Assembly: GCA_951406725.2 (NCBI GenBank)
Contig: OX597816.1
Location: forward strand, 48,794,001-48,858,000
Direction of reading: 5' to 3'
Origin: Octopus vulgaris
Taxonomy: Eukaryota
DNA length: 64,000 bases
Shown: in pieces, positions 40,346 to 53,985 of the stretch
Layout of the letters: every line of letters begins with the position of its first letter
Numbering within the stretch: position 1 is the first letter of the stretch
Made by a program: the position numbers and the translations under genes
Notes under the pieces: model-generated
The model's database searches: none
Told to the model about the DNA's origin: nothing
The model's input: the letters and a program-made list of their open reading frames with translations, nothing else

Positions 40346-40425
40346 AGCTTACATCTGTTTCCGCTATGAGATGCGGTAGACTCTTAATTGAGTACACGGA
40401 TAACATCTATAACTTCATCGGAGCC
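40346..40425 (-). ncRNA. Hammerhead-like motif with CCGAUGA core (probably inactive)
   Basis: GGCT CCGATGA A GTTATAGATG...CATCTCATAGC G GAAA CAGATG TA AGCT. Confidence 0.4.
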
Positions 40426-40815
40426 TTGATTATGAAGTGAACTTTATTTGTTGTTGCTGCGTCAATCCTGCCATTTGATGTCAAGCATCTGCCGAAGCTT
40501 GGCTTGTATGAAATGCTCAAGCTTTTTCGGGTCTTTTTGATACAGGATCAATATCTCGCAAGCGTAGAGAAAGTTGATGACTACAGCACGGCAACTCCAG
40601 CCATGACCACAACCTGCCAACCCATGCGAACTGTGCCCGAGATTGTTCCATTCCTGACTTGGCCTTCTGAGCGATGTCAGGTTTAAACATTATGGAGGCA
40701 CCAGATGAACCAAACGCAGAAACAAGTGGGGCCACCGCCGCCGATATATATGTATGCATACACACACACACGCGCGTATATATAAACACACACACATATG
40801 TATATGTACATACAC

Positions 40816-40879
<64 letters not shown>

Positions 40880-40934
40880 ATATATCTATTTATCCATCTA
40901 TATGTATGTATACACACATGTATCTATATGTACA

Positions 40935-41125
40935 TAGGAAGAGTTTAAGAAAAAAAAACAAAAGACAAAGACAGGTGGTGTACAAAACAAACAGATGTAT
41001 TAATATAACGCTCAGGAGTAGAAAAAGTATTTTACGTTTCGAGCCTACGCTCTTCTACAGAAAGGGACACAGAAAACAAGGAGAGAAAAAAATGTGTGTA
41101 GTGGCTAACGATCTATCATGGCGTC
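40935..41125 (-). mobile_element. Hammerhead-variant repeat (motif 41030-41064, CUGUAGA)
   Basis: Diverged member of the 27431/34928 family. Confidence 0.75.
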
Positions 41126-41378
41126 TATATGTCTCTCTCTCTCTATATATATACAAGATAAGAAAATGGAGAAATACATCTAAATCAAATATCAATTACC
41201 AAATCAAATTAGTAATTTGTGGTAAATCATTTTACCTTTGCCCATATAATACAGTAAATGAATTAATTGCATCGCAATCATTAACATTTATGTATTAACT
41301 TTGTTGGGTACTTCACTAGCAGTATATTGGATATATATTATCCCATGGAGGGTTGCATTTACAACCCCTAACTCAATT

Positions 41379-41425
<47 letters not shown>

Positions 41426-42210
41426 GCCTATATACATCTTTTATATGTAAATATATATATGTATGCTTGTATGTATGTATGTATACATGTATATATGTGT
41501 GTGTATGTGTACGTACGTATGCATGTAGAATATATATAACTATAAGGTGAAGCACAAGCACTCATCTCTAAGCACACAAATTTCTATAGCAGAGACAGGT
41601 GTAAGACAATGGTGTTGATTATATAATTCCTGTTTGCTAGTCATTCTATCACCTCTTGCACACACACACACACACACGCACACGTACGCACACACGCTCG
41701 CACTCACATTTACAATTTTGTTGCTGGCCGGGCAACGTCTTCAAGGTATCACCCAGCATTTATTTCAAAATAGTTCTTAAGTCATCGGCGTCATCATTTA
41801 TCTAACTGTATCCTAGATGTACCCAAGGTGTTCCAGGAATCTCACGAGTCGGCTTTCTTCATTTGCGTCAATTTTGTGAATATACAATTGTAGTGTATAA
41901 CGTTGAGCATACATATTGATGTTAATACGTACGTACGAGATATTGCATACTAAAATTACATGATGCTACATGATGAATTTTATGAAACAGCTGTTATCAT
42001 GTGGAAGTGATATGGAAAAAATATATCTATATTCACCTCTCATGCCTCCTGATTTTATCTATTTACCAATCTATCTGTCCGTCTGTCAGTTTGCCTGTTC
42101 ATCCATCCATCCATCCATTCAATCAGACAGCTGTCTGTCTGTCTGTCTGTCCTGCTGTCAGTCTGTCCTATTGTCTGTCTGTCTGTCTGTCCTACTGTCT
42201 GTCTGTCCTA

Positions 42211-42595
42211 CTGTCTGTCTGTCCTGCTGTCAGTCTATCTTACTGTCTGTCTGTCCTGCTGTCAGTCTATCTTACTGTCTGTCTGTCCTGCTGTCAGTCT
42301 ATCTTACTGTCTGTCTGTCCTGCTGTCAGTCTATCTTACTGTCTGTCTGTCCTGCTGTCAGTCTATCTTACTGTCTGTCTGTCCTGCTGTCAGTCTATCT
42401 TACTGTCTGTCTGTCCTGCTGTCAGTCTATCTTACTGTCTGTCTGTCCTGCTGTCAGTCTATCTTACTGTCTGTCTGTCCTGCTGTCAGTCTATCTTACT
42501 GTCTGTCTGTCCTGCTGTCAGTCTATCTTACTGTCTGTCTGTCCTGCTGTCAGTCTATCTTACTGTCTGTTTGTCCTGCTGTCAGTCTATCTTGC
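42211..42595. repeat. 32-bp minisatellite, about 12 near-identical units
   Basis: Unit CTGTCTGTCTGTCCTGCTGTCAGTCTATCTTA; gives the 32-aa periodicity in ORFs 41970 and 42001. Confidence 0.9.
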
Positions 42596-42674
<79 letters not shown>

Positions 42675-42705
42675 GTATCTATCTGTTTTTTTTTTATTAT
42701 TTCAG

Positions 42706-42825
42706 TGCTCACGCTGTGGAGATTTGGTGCACAGATCGTGTCTTCCAGTCAGTGGAGTATGTACTATCTGCGAAATACCACGTGGTACACCGGAAGACAT
42801 CAACAAACATTGTTGCATTGCATGA
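42706..42825 (+). CDS. RH-domain gene, last coding exon (CSRCGDLVHRSC...CTIC...KHCCIA*)
   Basis: Terminal RH C-x2-C-x4-H-x2-C-x6-C-x2-C; acceptor tttcAG, phase 0; TGA at 42823-25. Confidence 0.92.
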   Translation, partial: CSRCGDLVHRSCLPVSGVCTICEIPRGTPEDINKHCCIA

Positions 42826-43406
42826 GGTAATACCGACCACCCTCTCACCCCGCTCATTTTTGCTCATCACACACACACACACACACGCACACACAACCAT
42901 CAACATGATTATACATATACGCACACATTCACATTCAATGCATGCATGTGCCAATTTGAAAAACATTTAATTAACGAAACGTTGAAGAAATTTTTATGTG
43001 GTCACTTGACCTACTAGAAATACACACACCTACCGTCTGGAAGCGGTCATGATGGGTAATGTTGTGTGGTTGTGCGCGTCGGTGCAACAGAGGTATGCAA
43101 GGGTCAAAGTATGACGATATTGGTTTGGGAGTGTGCACGATGTTGGACGATGTCGGTACGTGGGTGTAGTTGTTAGGCAAGCAGTGTGATAGCGTGTATG
43201 TTAAAATCTTGCGAGTGGATTTGGTAGACAGAAACTGAAAGAAGCCTTTCGTATATATATATATATATATAATCGAACGAATCGACCCCAAGAATTCTTT
43301 GTAAGACTAGTACTTATTCCATCGGTTCTTTTGCCAAACCGCTAAGTTACGGGTATGTAAACACATCAAAATCGGTTTGTGAAGCGATGGTGGTGGTGGT
43401 GGGGAT

Positions 43407-43607
<201 letters not shown>

Positions 43608-43757
43608 TACATACACATATGTACATATATCTCCAACTGTCTTTCTGTCTGTCTATCTAAATATGTTTATGTGCATATATATATATATACATATGTATAA
43701 ACATATATTAGAGATATACATACATACATACATACATACAAACAAACATATATATGC

Positions 43758-43788
<31 letters not shown>

Positions 43789-44185
43789 CGCATACATACA
43801 CACGCACACGCCGCCCAACATACATGCATACTACCACAACCAAACTTGTTTTAATTGTTGTCATGGTTCAGTAATGACATGTGACAGGTCATAACCTAAA
43901 ATTGATTAACGTCCTCACCTAGATATACGCTTTTAAGATACACACCTATCGTATATTTTGATATAAATATATATATATTCTTATACATATCTATCTTATC
44001 ATTTTTCAGGAGAAATACAATTCCACTCAACGGTCTGAGATGTACATTCGAAAACTTTCAGGCTATTAACAATAAGTTGGTCAATGAACGTGACAAAGAT
44101 AATCCTTCACATGAAAGAGAAAGCAATTGTATAGACAAATCTGGAAAAATTTGTCACTTACAAGAAGTAATGTCCGAAATGTAAC

Positions 44186-44242
<57 letters not shown>

Positions 44243-44491
44243 CATATATGTATGTACGCATATATGTATGTATATGTAAATATATCTATATGTATATAGA
44301 TATGTGTGTGTGTGTATTTGGGGGAGAATTTATGTGGTAAGAATCTTGCTTCCCAACCACATGGTTCCGGTTTCAGTCCCACTGCATGCCACCTTGGGCT
44401 AGTGTCTTCTACTATAGCCTCGGGCCGACCAAAGCTTTGCAAGTGGGCCTGGTAGACGGAAACTGAAAGAAGCCCGTCGTATATGTATATA

Positions 44492-44527
<36 letters not shown>

Positions 44528-45027
44528 TGTATGTATGTATGTATGTATGTATGTATGTATGTATTTGCGTGTCTGTGTTTGGTCACCTACCATCGCTTGA
44601 CAACCGATGGTGGTGTATTTATGTCCCCGTCACTTAGCGGTTCGGTATAAGTCATTGATAGAATAAATACTAGGCTTACAACGGATAAGTCCTGGAGTCG
44701 ATTTGTGCGACTAAAAGCAGTGCCCCTGCATTGGCTGCAGTCAAATGACTGAAACGAGCAAAAGAAATCAATGAAGTATGTATGTATGTATGTATGTATG
44801 TATGTATGTATGTATGTATGTATGTATGTATGTATGTATGTATGTATGCATATATTCAAACACGTGAGGAAACAGAACAGAATATATAGTAAGCTTGCAC
44901 ACGCACGTGTACATACAGAAACATTTGTAGACACACACGTACATACACACACACATATATATACACATATACACACACACATACACACACATATATATAC
45001 ACATATACACACACACACATTGATATG

Positions 45028-45059
<32 letters not shown>

Positions 45060-45546
45060 CATTCAAACATGCACACACACACACATTTATGCATATGTGT
45101 GTGTGTAACAAAATTATCTTATTCCACACGGGTAAAAGTATAGAAAAATTGAAGTTGAATATGCATTTTCAATTTCATTCTTTTACACAAAAGCGCGCGC
45201 GCGGACACACACACACACACACACACACAGAAATGCGTGAAACAATTTTCTCGAATTTAGCATTTATTAGCTCTTAAAAAAAAAAAAAAAAATGATTCAC
45301 AGAGTCCTGATTGATGGAATTTTATATAACGCGTATATTTCAAATGCTGAAACACCGAAAAGCGCTTACACAAAAACTTCCTTCCATCATGTTTCTGTCA
45401 ATCTGCTTTCCTTGATTTTTTTTTTTTACAAAATTCATATTTTTTAATTGATCAATATCTTTTTTTAAACAATGTAAGTATATCATAAAATTTTTCTAAA
45501 ATCTTAAAGTGTATATATACATATATATAAATATATATATAAATAA

Positions 45547-45598
<52 letters not shown>

Positions 45599-45619
45599 GT
45601 GCGTCTGTGTGTATGTTTG

Positions 45620-45654
<35 letters not shown>

Positions 45655-45853
45655 ATGTATGTATATGCATATATATTTACACACACATACACATATATTA
45701 CACACATGCACATATATATTACACTCACATACACACGTAAATATATGCATGTATATGTGTGTGTGTGTGTGTGTGCATGTTTACATGTATATATATATAT
45801 ATATATACACACAAATTTTCACATGTATACTTGTATACATGAATAAATCTTGC

Positions 45854-45924
<71 letters not shown>

Positions 45925-46326
45925 AAATATGTATAAATTAAATATGCAACATATACATTTACATAAATTATTTACATTCCTACATATATACATACAGACA
46001 TACACACAAATACACACAAATACACACACATATTTAATTTTGAAGCGTTGAAGTTGCTTGTATTGCTACTTAGTATGTCTCCTGCAAAACGTCTCTTTCA
46101 GGTGGTCCTAGGACCGTGTGCATGAGAATGAGTAGCATCTATGACTTGGCTTTTAATAAATGATATTCCAATATACATAACAATATTCAATGTTGTTTTT
46201 TGCCATTTACAATCTCCACAGACTATAAATATGTTTGCATGCATGTACGAGGCTGTCTGTATGTGTATGCGTGTGTGTATTTATACGTATATATATATAT
46301 GTGTGTGTGTATATATATACATACAC

Positions 46327-46367
<41 letters not shown>

Positions 46368-46572
46368 TACTTATACCTATACGTATATACATATGCATAT
46401 GTTGTCGTGGGACGTCACAAAACATAAACAACAAAAAAATACGAAGTACGAGGACATGGAACATTAACTATTCTTTCGAACAACGAAAGACACAAATAGG
46501 AAACAAAACAAACATAAAGAACGACCTTTCATCAGCTGTTGGCTGTTTTTCTAGTCTCGTATTTCGAGCATT

Positions 46573-47979
46573 GGATCTTTTTCTTTTGAAAGCCAGATTT
46601 TCCTACTTAACTAAACAATTTGAAACTTCGTATACTGGTAGAATGTGTCAAAAGAAAACATAATTGTAAACCAAAATGAAAACGGAATTGTAATTTCTAA
46701 GTTTAACCTTGTTTAAAAATTCGAATTTTAACCAATGATATTCTTTCTTTCGGCCTCATATTATTTACTGCTTCTCAAAATATTGTTACTGTGACGTAAA
46801 CAGCTATTTTGTGACGTAGTTAACATAGCTAAAATGTAAACAAAGCCACTTCTGGTACTTACGGTACTTATACCGAAGGGTCGCCGTCGAATGTACCAAC
46901 CGTAGTATTTATAATTTTTTGGCGTAAGAAATGACGCTAGGCATTTTATCCGAGGCACCACCGATTCTGCCAGCTTTACATTATATTTTTCGTCGAAGTT
47001 TAACTATGTCACTTTGATGATATATTTTTACGCGTGGACAAATAATAGAGAGATAATGTGGATCAGATGATATTACATGCTGACAAGAGCTTGGTAAAGG
47101 ACTGTTAGAATGTTTAGGGATACGGTCCTATACGTTCGGGTTTCAACCCTCACCGGAATTCAAAACAAGCCGTCTGTTCCTCCACGGTCGAGAAAATACA
47201 TCGATCAAGTATTGGAGATCGATATAAATGATTATACCCTCCACTCACCCCAAAATATATGCTTTGTGTCTATAATCAATATTACAAATATATTGTTATT
47301 GCTATTTAACTCAGGTCATCCTGATAAACCCGGTTGAGAATCAAAGGGTTCCAACTATGACCAACCCGTATTTTTGCGCCCCCACCCTTTTTTTCAGATA
47401 TAGCATCTCTGATTATATTAGCCAATGTACCCTTCCTTTAACCCAGTAGTATATGGTTTTAAGGGGATTTGGGTGTTATTCCTAGCACATCGACGAGCGA
47501 AAACGCAGAGGGGCCCTGATTATGTGCGAGTATGCGTATGGATGGGTACGTGTGTGTATGTGGGTGCATACAAGCCAAATAACCGGTTCAAGGCGTGAGT
47601 CAAACTGAAGAATCAAAGCGTGTGCACAAGTTTATAGTAAATATATACATTGTATAGAGAAAACACCCGAAGCCTATACAAAAACATTGAATATGTGTTT
47701 ATTATTCATCCAAAGTAAACAGTACGTGTGTGCTGTTTACGTCACAGTAACAATATGTTTAGACGGAGCAAATAATTTCAACTGAATACAGAGAATACGA
47801 TTGGTTAAAATTCGCAGATTTAAACTACGTATAAACTTATAAAATACATTTTTGTCAAAAAAAACTAGTTGAAATTATTGTTTTCTTTTGACACATTCTA
47901 CCAGTATACGAAGTTTCAAATTATTTAACTAGTTAACTAGAAAAATCTTAAAAATCTGGCTTTCAAAAAGAAAAGATCC
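46573..47979. mobile_element. 1.4-kb non-autonomous DNA transposon, long imperfect TIRs, 8-bp TSD (Merlin-like)
   Basis: Termini GGATCTTTT...AAAAGATCC; CGAGCATT at 46565-72 and 47980-87. Confidence 0.85.
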
Positions 47980-48745
47980 CGAGCATTTAACAACAATATA
48001 TGCTTTCGATAAAACAATTGCTTCCGCAAAGCAAATTAAAAATAAATTTGGGCTTTTGCAGAGGGTAAAATTGGTAACACAAACAGGACAGTGAAAACAA
48101 ACAGGAAGGGCTACTATGCTTAAACAAGGTTGTGGTGGCGAACGCGTAAATCAAGCTTGGATAGGAGACAAATATGAACACGCCTTCCTTGTTTCAGCTA
48201 CAATAGAGAGAAAGAAAGAAACACAAGTTAGAAGAAAGAAAGATGACCGATGGTCACGTGAGCAAGGGAGGAGGAGTGAAGGAGAGAGAGTGACAGAATA
48301 ATGCGTATATGTAAGTGTATCCACTTCATCTAAATTCAGGACCAGGTACTGTAATATCTTGGCCCACAGCTCTTCAATGCCCTACCACGAAAATTAAGAA
48401 ACTTGCGTAAAACGAATAGACATCCTCTTCTCCACATTTCTGTATGAACCAACGGTCGCGCATGAGGTACAGACGGGGGCTCCCTACTACTTCTGCTCGT
48501 GATCAGAGATGTTAGCCACTAAAGGACATGTTCAACTGGTTAAAGTCAAACAGCTGACAAGCAAATGTGTGGGACCGAGCAGAATAATTGCTGTAGCCCA
48601 TCTTTTATACCAAGACAAAACAATTTACATGATAACACTTCCAATCAATTAAGATCAGAAGCTATGAGAGCCACTGTCTGGTACTGCATCAGGACATTTA
48701 TTATTATTATCATTATAGTTATCGGCACTGTTGCAGGCTGGAAAC

Positions 48746-50450
48746 AGGCACGTAGCTACGGGGTGGGTGGGCTATGGGGTGCTCAGCACCCCCAGTTAGA
48801 ATCTCAACCCCCTCAACCCCGCAAAAAAGGAAAGAAAATTTTTGAAATGTCCCAAATTTCAGAAAAATATTAAGCAATATCTGAAGTCGCTAAATAAGCA
48901 GTACCTGAAGTCGCTAAAGATGCAATAAGTAGAATTTCTTTTGATTTAGTATGAAAATGTGGGTAAACTAAGTGTTTGTTGTCGCTGTAATTGTCTCAGG
49001 ATTGACTGCTGACCCGGTCATCAACCGTGGGTTGAATTAAGGAGTGGGTGATGCTGGGTCAGTTGTTGCTGTGGTGCTCGTGGTGGCGACGGCGGTGCTG
49101 GTGATTGTTCTTGTTGCTGTTGAAAAGTATGTAAAGAATTGTTGCTGTAGTTAGAGATTTATAGTAGTAAACGCATCACTACACACGTATGTATATATGA
49201 ACAGAGATGGACATTAAAAAGTCATTTTATTTCTACTAGTCAGAGAGGATTGTTATTCGCAAAAAAGGAAAGAAATTTTTTGAAATTTCCCAAAATATAC
49301 ATTCAGAAAGTATTTTTCAAGTGAGAACTTTCACTGAATAATTTTTCTTACTCATTAAACAAAGTTGAAACTGAAATTATTTTGTGTTTAACTAAAAATA
49401 GCATAACTTTGAAGAATTTGAAAAATAAAATTGCTTGAACCGAAATCTCTTTCGAGTTTAATTTAAAAACACATAAATTTTAAGAAATTGTTACTCTTAC
49501 TACGATATTCTACCTTAGAATTAATTATTGCGAATATCGGTGCCCAAAAATAATGAATCACTACGAAAAAGAAAACTAAAGCAATTGTTGCTGAATTTCC
49601 AAACTGATTAATTTAATAATGCTAAGCAGAAGGGAATTGCATACGAAGTTTCGCAGCTCAAAGAAGGTCTTACAAAGTCTTTGACACCCTCAATGGATGA
49701 TCTAGCACAGGTCGACTGCCAACCAGTGCAGCCAGTTCTAGCAAAGTTTGATCCAAAAAATTTATGGAAATCAGAGACGTGACTTCTCGTCAAGCTGGTA
49801 TACTGGTCGTTTATGGTTAGAGTATTCTCTTTCAAAGAAAGCCTGGTTTTGTTTTACTTGTCGGCACTTTAATACTTCTGCTCAACCTGGTAATTGTTTT
49901 ATTAAAAATGGATATTCTAATTGGCATCATGCAAAAGAAAAAAAACAACGGTTTAAATAAGAACGCAAACTCTGCATTCCCTATCCAAGCTATGGTAACA
50001 TGGAAGGAACGCCAACAGCGTTTATCCACAACATCCGTGTCTTCAATCTTGCAAAATGATCAGCTGAGCAAAAAACCGTTTTTATATCTGTTCCATTGTT
50101 GACATTGTTCATTTTCTTTGTGCAAACGAATTGCCTTTTCGAGGAAACGAAAATGAAGCTTTTCAGGATCTTTATTTGGAAGATGATACGTAAGCCTTGC
50201 GGTCTTTTCATGAAATTATTCCAGTACACAGTCATCAGCTGTTACGGAGGTCACGAAGATATCTGAAGTCAATTGTCGAGTTGTCACGGAAACCGATTTC
50301 TTGTCATTGAATCGTCGAGTTAATCAGAAAGAATGCCTAGAGAAAGGCTCAAAGCTCATGAAATGTTACAGAACGATTCCAAAACATGCGACCTACACGT
50401 CAGAAGCAATGTAAAACGAAATCATCGAATTGTTGAGAAGACACACTGTC
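48746..50450 (+). pseudogene. Decayed hAT transposon (ZnF-TTF/ZMYM1-like transposase N-terminal half)
   Basis: WYTGRLWLEYSLSKKAWFCFTCRHF...GYSNW, FLCANELPFRG, NEIIELL fragments; CAGG-starting putative left end; right boundary approximate. Confidence 0.7.
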
Positions 50451-51007
50451 AGTCTCGTGGTCGATGTTTATTTGAAATTATATAAAAATAATATTTAAAA
50501 ATTTGGCTGTTATCTCTAGCATGTTGAAAGACCTTTTAGGTTTAACTATGTGCTTGCTGAAAATCATTAAAAAAATATTGGAGTCGATACTTAACGTTAA
50601 GAACCTAGCCAAATCCTTCTTTAAAATATTAGACTCCAACTTCCATCGTCAACGTAAATATCATTCTATTTTTAACAGATCCACACTAAAACTATCCTAT
50701 TCTGCCTCACCCAATTTCGAATCTCTCACACCAGCCTCTAATAAACAAAAGTTTTCTCTCTACTAACAAAACTCACATAATTACAACTTTAGTTTCACGA
50801 TCGCTCAATACGCACACAGCTCGAGCACAGAAGAAAGAGAGAAAGCGAAGAAGAAGAGGAAATGTATAATAATAAGACTAATAGAAACTAGAAATTGAGA
50901 GAATAAAGAAATGAAATATTTTGGAGTGTTCAGTGACGTTCTGAATTGTCAAAAACTGGTAGGGTGTCTACTGATTTGAGGTCACGTATTCTGTTCACTC
51001 ATGGTGT

Positions 51008-51473
51008 GGTGCGAGCTGGCAGAAACGTTAGCACGCCGGGCAAAATGCGTAGCCGTATTTCGTCTGTTGTTATGTTGTGAGTTCAAATTCCGCCGAGGTC
51101 GACTTTGCCTTTCATCCTTTCGGGGTCGATTAAATAAGTACTAGCTACGCACTGGGATCAATATAATCGACTTAATAACTATGTCTGTCCTTGTTTTTCC
51201 CCTCTGTGTTTAGTCCCTTGTGGGTAATAAAGAAATAGGTATGGTGCGAGCTGACAGAAACGTTAGCACGCCGGGCGAAATGCTTAGCGATATTTTGTCT
51301 GCCGTTACGTTGTGAGTTCAAATGCCGCGGAGGTCGACTTTACCTTTCATCCTTTCGAGGTCGATAAATTAAGTACCAGTTACGCACTGGGGTCGATGTA
51401 ATCGACTTAATACCTATGTCTGTCTTTGTTTGTCCCTTCTATGTTTAGCCCCTTGTGGGTAATAAAGAAATAG

Positions 51474-51475
<2 letters not shown>
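51008..51475 (+). mobile_element. Two tandem SINE A monomers
   Basis: Both end AAAGAAATAGGTA. Confidence 0.8.
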
Positions 51476-51522
<47 letters not shown>

Positions 51523-52129
51523 GTAAATAAAAAAACAAAGAAAGAGTTTAGCACACCTTTTATGACCAGTTTGGAGGCGCAGTGGCCCAGTGGTTAGTAC
51601 AGCAGACTCACGGTCGGAGGATCGCGGTTTCGATTCCCAGACCGGGCGTTGTGTGTGCTTATTGGGCAAAAACACCTAAAAGCTCCTCGAGGCTCCGGCA
51701 GGGGGTGGGGGTGGCGACCCCTGTTGTACTATTTCGCCACAACCTTCTCTCACTCTTTCTTCCTGTTTCTTGAGCAACGCTGCGATGGACTGGCGTCCCG
51801 TCCAGCTGGGGGGGAACACATACACCACAGAAACTGGGAAACCGGGCCCATGTGCCTGGCTAGGATTGAAAAGGGCGACGTTTATCGTTTTTATGATCAG
51901 TTATAATTTTCTCTGTACCTTTCTGTTTTAACGCCATTGCACACAAAATTTCTATGTGTAAAGTTAGGTAATCTTTACAAGACTGATTAAGCACCTCACT
52001 ATTATTTAAAACTGCAATTATTCTTAACTGGATAATATTTTACTCTTTGTAGGCCCACACATTGGTTTTATCTATGTGACATCTAGATTTTCTACATCAG
52101 AAGATTTTCGATCTTACTTAAGACTAAAA

Positions 52130-52620
52130 TTCAAACTCGGACTGGACTGTAGGGAGTGTGTGGAACAGTTTTGATGCTTAGCTCTATCAAGTAGTCGGTT
52201 ACCAAGATGTTCATCACTGAACACTCTGGGACCAAACTTTGAGTAATTGTATGCATGTTCAGATCTTCATGAATAATTCTGTTTACTGTCGCAACACCAA
52301 CTCCAAACTGAATGCTTATTGACTTTAAAGACAATGGCCTTCATTCAGAAAGCTTCAAAATTTTCTCAACCAGCCACCAGCTCTGATGTCCTGACGTTCC
52401 TCCTCCCCACACCTCTCACGGTGTCTCACCTCCTCTCTACCTACTTTGAATTTTTTGTGCTAGTGAAAAATTTAATCCATAAGTATTCTGGTGCATTTCA
52501 TAAGTTTCTGCAGCGTTTCTGCTCAGTTTAACACAAAACCTTATTGTATAGCGAATTTCTAAATGTCCTAACTTCGTTGCGCGAATTAGTCAGCCGTAAC
52601 AAGTAATTTTTAGCAGGGTG
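52130..52620 (-). mobile_element. Mariner remnant
   Basis: HTH-like GVGVATVNRIIHEDL and PHTPYSP fragments. Confidence 0.55.
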
Positions 52621-52691
52621 TGTTAAAAGTGCTGTTACGTATGTTTTCTTAAGTCTGGAATAAAAACGTCGGTAGGTGAACTTATTACATG

Positions 52692-53927
52692 TTCGAGGAA
52701 GTACCACAACGTTCCCAGACTAGTTATGTTCAATAAAAAATAACATATTTACTTACGTTTTAACACCTCCTTCAAAATAGTCACTTTGAACAGCAATACA
52801 CTGGTCATTGCATTCCTGTCACTTTCAGAATAGTAGTCGTTTTCCGTAAGAAAGTCATGAAGCTTCTGCGATTCGCTCTGGATCTCGACAACGACCTTTG
52901 AGCTGCCTTTCCGTCTTGGGGAAGAGATGGTAGCCTGCCGGTGCTAAATATGGTGAATAGGACGTGTGCAAAAGCTATACCATGTTGTTTTTGGTTAGAA
53001 ACTCACGAGTGAGGGAAGCTCGATGACAGGGTGCATTGCCGTTGTGAAGAATCCAATTATTCGAGCTCCACAGATCCGGTCGCTTTTTACCGAATGTCAT
53101 CCCTTAAATGCTTTAAAACGTTGCAGTAGAACACTCGATTGACGGTATGGCCCAGGGGCAGGTTGGGCAAAATGCTTAGCGGTATTTTGTCTGACGCTAC
53201 GTTCTGAGTTCAAATTCCGCCGAGGTCGACCTTGCCTTTCATCCTTTCGGGGTCGAGTAAATAAGTACCAGTTACGCACTGGGGTCGATGTAATCGACTT
53301 AATCCGTTTGTCTGTCCTTGTTCGTCCTCTCTGTGTTTAGCCCCTTGTGGGTAGTAAAGAAATAGTTAAGTCCCTGGGGGAAGAATTTTCGATGCATAAT
53401 GCCGCGGATATCGAAAAACTGATGACCATACTCTTGATTGAGCTGCGGCTCTGTTATGCCTTCTTCGGACGTGGAGATAAAGGCCTCTTCCATTGTGACG
53501 GCTGCTTCGTACCCGTAGACCCAACTCTCATCACAGACGATGATCCTCGATATGAAGGATGGGTCATCAGCGACACGCTGACGGAGATCTTGATATACTT
53601 CGAAGTAATGTTCTTTCTACTCAGTGGACAGCAGGCGAGGAACAAACTTGGCAAAGACACACCGCATGTTCTATTCAGATGTTAGGATTGCCAGCGCGAA
53701 ACTATGCGCCTGACCAACAACATCAGCAATGTCGCTGATTGTTCTCCGACGATTGTCATGCAAAAGCTGATGAATTTTCTCCCCATTACCAGGGGTGACG
53801 TTCGTGACAGGTCTTCCAGGTCGCTCGCCATCTTCCAGGGACGTTCTTCCATTTTTGAAGCACCCGTAGCACTCGAAACATTGGGTACGATCCATTGTCT
53901 CGTCGTCGTAAGCTTGCCGAAGCATGC

Positions 53928-53985
<58 letters not shown>

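Noticed and set aside
42211-42595. CRISPR-like array or Cys-rich repeat protein
   Set aside because: No unique spacers, eukaryotic intron, and the 32-bp unit is not a multiple of 3.
51573-51650. tRNA genes (also 25588, 60228, 61542)
   Set aside because: tRNA-like heads continue into shared SINE bodies, so they are SINEs.
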